DNA from: a virus
Taxonomy: Duplodnaviria > Heunggongvirae > Uroviricota > Caudoviricetes
IMG/VR virus record: IMGVR_UViG_2698536348_000007
Span: 1-17,256 of that record
Direction: 5' to 3' (one strand)
Length of the DNA: 17,256 nt
Under the pieces are notes generated by a model. That model saw only the letters and a program-made list of their open reading frames with translations, searched no databases and was not told the origin of the DNA. This document shows, in pieces, positions 14,689 to 17,256 of the stretch. Positions within the stretch are counted from its first letter, which is position 1. Each line of letters starts with the position of its first letter. Position numbers and translations under genes: made by a program.

Positions 14689-15903
14689 ATGACGACTGTA
14701 ACATCAGCCCAGGCGAATAAGCTGTATCAGGTGGCGCTTTTTACCGCTGCCAACCGCAACCGCTCGATGGTCAATATCCTCACTGAACAGCAGGAAGCGC
14801 CAAAAGCGGTTTCGCCGGACAAGCAAAGCACGAAGCAGACCAGCGCGGGTGCGCCGGTTGTACGGATCACTGACCTCAACAAACAGGCCGGTGATGAAGT
14901 GACGTTCAGCATCATGCACAAACTCTCTAAACGTCCGACGATGGGGGATGAGCGCGTTGAAGGCCGTGGTGAAGACCTCAGCCATGCTGATTTTTCCCTG
15001 AAAATTAATCAGGGCCGTCACCTGGTGGATGCGGGCGGACGTATGAGCCAGCAGCGTACGAAGTTCAACCTGGCATCCTCTGCCAGAACGCTGCTGGGTA
15101 CGTACTTTAACGACCTGCAGGACCAGTGTGCGATAGTGCATCTTGCCGGTGCCCGCGGTGATTTTGTTGCTGACGACACCATTCTGCCAACGGCAGATCA
15201 CCCTGAATTCAAAAAAATCATGATCAACGACGTACTGCCGCCGACGTATGACCGTCATTTTTTTGGTGGTGATGCGACGAGTTTTGACGGTATTGATCAG
15301 TCAGACCTGTTCACCCTTGGGCTGGTCGATAATCTCTCGCTGTTTATTGACGAGATGGCCCATCCGTTACAGCCGGTGCGTCTGTCCGGAGATGAACTGC
15401 ATGGCGAAGATCCGTATTACGTCCTGTACGTTACGCCGCGTCAGTGGAATGACTGGTACACCTCAACTTCCGGCAAGGACTGGAACCAGATGATGACGCG
15501 TGCCGTGAACCGTTCAAAAGGGTTTAATCATCCGTTGTTCAAAGGCGAATGTGCGATGTGGCGCAATATCCTGGTCCGCAAGTATGCGGGGATGCCGATC
15601 CGTTTCTATCAGGGGTCAAAGGTTCTGGTATCGAAAAACGACCTGACGGCAACCACAGAAGAGAAGCAGGCCGCAACCAACATTGACCGCGCCATGCTGC
15701 TGGGTGCTCAGGCACTGGCGAATGCGTACGGTCAGAAGGGCGGCGGTCACTTCAACATGGTTGAGAAGAAAACGGATATGGATAACCGTACTGAGATAGC
15801 AATCAGCTGGATCAACGGTCTGAAAAAAATCCGTTTCCCGGAGAAGAGCGGCAGGATGCAGGATCACGGTGTGATTGCTGTTGATACCGCAGTGAAGCTC
15901 TGA
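14689..15903 (+). CDS. Major capsid protein (putative)
   Basis: 404-aa ORF directly after the scaffold gene with strong AAGGAG Shine-Dalgarno, followed by a strong terminator as expected for a highly expressed coat gene. Assigned by synteny and size. Confidence 0.75.
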   Translation: MTTVTSAQANKLYQVALFTAANRNRSMVNILTEQQEAPKAVSPDKQSTKQTSAGAPVVRITDLNKQAGDEVTFSIMHKLSKRPTMGDERVEGRGEDLSHADFSLKINQGRHLVDAGGRMSQQRTKFNLASSARTLLGTYFNDLQDQCAIVHLAGARGDFVADDTILPTADHPEFKKIMINDVLPPTYDRHFFGGDATSFDGIDQSDLFTLGLVDNLSLFIDEMAHPLQPVRLSGDELHGEDPYYVLYVTPRQWNDWYTSTSGKDWNQMMTRAVNRSKGFNHPLFKGECAMWRNILVRKYAGMPIRFYQGSKVLVSKNDLTATTEEKQAATNIDRAMLLGAQALANAYGQKGGGHFNMVEKKTDMDNRTEIAISWINGLKKIRFPEKSGRMQDHGVIAVDTAVKL

Positions 15904-15919
15904 TTTTTCCTTTCCTCAT

Positions 15920-15942
15920 GCCGGGTTATCGCCCGGCTTTTT
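15920..15942 (+). terminator. Intrinsic terminator after the major capsid gene
   Basis: Stem gccggg/cccggc (15920-15925 / 15932-15937) followed by T5 (15938-15942). Confidence 0.6.
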
Positions 15943-15957
15943 CAGGAGTCATTAATT

Positions 15958-16350
15958 ATGGCAAAGACCATCCTTGCCCCGTCACTGAGTGAACGGGTCT
16001 ATACGGGTACGCACGGTAATGAGTCGGTGGCAGAAGGTGTGTTTACTGTGAATGCTGCGGAAGCGGACAGTGTTATTCATCTTCTTTCGTTGCCGATCGG
16101 TGTTCGTATTAATGCGTTACAGCTGGTTTCTACCAAGGGACTTGGCGGCACAGCAACTGTCAGCGTTAAATCTGGCGAACATGAACTCATTGGTGACAGT
16201 GGTGCAGTAACTGCCAGCTTTACCAAGTATGTGCCAGTGGAGCCGTACACCACACAGCGTGACGGAGAGCTGGTTACGGTCACCATTAAGACAGCAGCTG
16301 CAACCGGCACCCTGAATGTTCTGCTGCGTTATACCGTGGTGGGTTACTGA
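15958..16350 (+). CDS. Hypothetical head-module protein (130 aa, beta-rich; possible capsid decoration protein)
   Basis: ORF with CAGGAG Shine-Dalgarno; Thr/Val/Gly-rich composition typical of Ig-like or decoration proteins; immediately downstream of the capsid gene. Confidence 0.55.
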   Translation: MAKTILAPSLSERVYTGTHGNESVAEGVFTVNAAEADSVIHLLSLPIGVRINALQLVSTKGLGGTATVSVKSGEHELIGDSGAVTASFTKYVPVEPYTTQRDGELVTVTIKTAAATGTLNVLLRYTVVGY

Positions 16351-16363
16351 TATAAACCTTCCG

Positions 16364-16386
16364 GCCCGCGTCATGCGGGCTTTTTT
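16364..16386 (+). terminator. Intrinsic terminator after the 130-aa head-module gene
   Basis: Stem gcccgc/gcgggc (16364-16369 / 16375-16380) followed by T6 (16381-16386). Confidence 0.6.
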
Positions 16387-16400
16387 ATCCGGGGAATTAT

Positions 16401-16862
16401 ATGAGCGAAAAAATTGCCGTTGTCTATATCGGCCCCAAACCCGTGAAAAAGGATACCCTTACCGGGAGTCGTACACTGTTCCCGCGCCTTGAACCGGTGC
16501 ATGTTGACAGTGCGCTCGCCTGGCAGTTGCTGGCCTTTCCTGAAGTCTGGATTCGTCATGAAGAGCTTGATGGTGTGCTCAAAAAGCAACAACAGGATGG
16601 GCAGTTGCGGCAGGCACAGCAGGAACAGGAAAGAGCGCTTGCCGCGCGGGAAGAAGCGGAGAGCAGTTTTGTTGTTCCCGTCAATGGAGAGAATGTGGAT
16701 TTAAGTAAGCTCACCTCAGCACGGCTGGCAACGTTGTGTGAGGCAGAAGAGCTGAATATTCACAAAGACCCGAAAGAAACGGCTGATGCATTCCGTATCC
16801 GTGTGCGTGAGGCATTTCGCCGTCGTGTTGCGGAGACTGAACAACATGGCGGAACTGACTGA
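16401..16862 (+). CDS. Hypothetical phage head-module protein (153 aa)
   Basis: ORF with a Gln-rich helical segment (KKQQQDGQLRQAQQEQERALAAREEAE); same orientation and tight spacing with neighbouring head genes. Confidence 0.55.
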   Translation: MSEKIAVVYIGPKPVKKDTLTGSRTLFPRLEPVHVDSALAWQLLAFPEVWIRHEELDGVLKKQQQDGQLRQAQQEQERALAAREEAESSFVVPVNGENVDLSKLTSARLATLCEAEELNIHKDPKETADAFRIRVREAFRRRVAETEQHGGTD

Positions 16863-17196
16863 TTTTTTGCCTTATGTCCGTCGTCATATCAGCGGTCCAC
16901 TGAGCATTATGATGACGGATGCGTTATCCATGTCGGCAGTGGCATTCTGCCGTCAGTCCCTGTTGTGCCGCCTTGAGGCTACGTTGTCACCGTCAGCCGG
17001 AGAGGACTGTGTGCTGCCATATGACGCGGAGAATGAAGAGTGCGTACATATTATTCGTCTCCTCGCTGACGGGCGTGAGCTTTTTGCCGGTCATGATGTG
17101 GAAATCCGCCCGGGGCGGGTAATGCATTTTGCCTGTTCGCCCGGAGAAGTGAGGTGTACTGACAATAGCGGACACTACCATTTGTTCTTTTTTTAA
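16846..17196 (+). CDS. Hypothetical phage protein (116 aa)
   Basis: ATG at 16846 with GGAG 10 nt upstream, overlapping the end of the preceding ORF in another frame. The track ORF start at 16786 is an unsupported upstream extension. Confidence 0.45.
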   Translation: MAELTDFLPYVRRHISGPLSIMMTDALSMSAVAFCRQSLLCRLEATLSPSAGEDCVLPYDAENEECVHIIRLLADGRELFAGHDVEIRPGRVMHFACSPGEVRCTDNSGHYHLFFF

Positions 17197-17256
17197 GCAG
17201 CTATCTGATGATATTTTTCCCTGAAGGCTGCCGGGGAGATATTCCCCAGACGAGAG

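Noticed and set aside
1-17256. CRISPR arrays, insertion sequences, integrase or attachment sites
   Set aside because: No regularly spaced direct repeats, no transposase or integrase-like ORFs and no terminal inverted repeats were seen; the window appears to be internal to the prophage.

Overview
This window reads as the late-regulatory, lysis and head-morphogenesis region of an enterobacterial (E. coli-type) lambdoid prophage with the layout of Shiga-toxin (Stx) phages, but without stx. Left to right on the + strand: the end of the nin-like early region (5'-truncated ORF, Roi-like KilAC antirepressor, YbcO/DUF1364, RusA, NinH, antiterminator Q); a 765-bp non-coding interval rich in hairpins and promoter-like elements where Stx phages carry tRNAs and stxAB; a 636-aa NanS-p-type sialate O-acetylesterase; two small ORFs; a phage-21-type lysis cassette (dual-start holin, SAR endolysin, Rz with embedded Rz1) interrupted between R and Rz by a bidirectional terminator and a 37-codon membrane-peptide ORF; a minus-strand Ais/PmrG-family LPS heptose-phosphate phosphatase homologue at the position lambda uses for bor; then small and large terminase, a P22-like portal, scaffold, major capsid and three small head-module ORFs. 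No tRNA, rRNA, CRISPR array, IS element or integrase was seen. The most interesting candidates are the Ais-like gene with an upstream perfect palindrome, the possible small RNAs in the Q-nanS interval, and the small ORFs flanking the lysis genes. All homology calls are from recalled sequence families and synteny, not from database searches.
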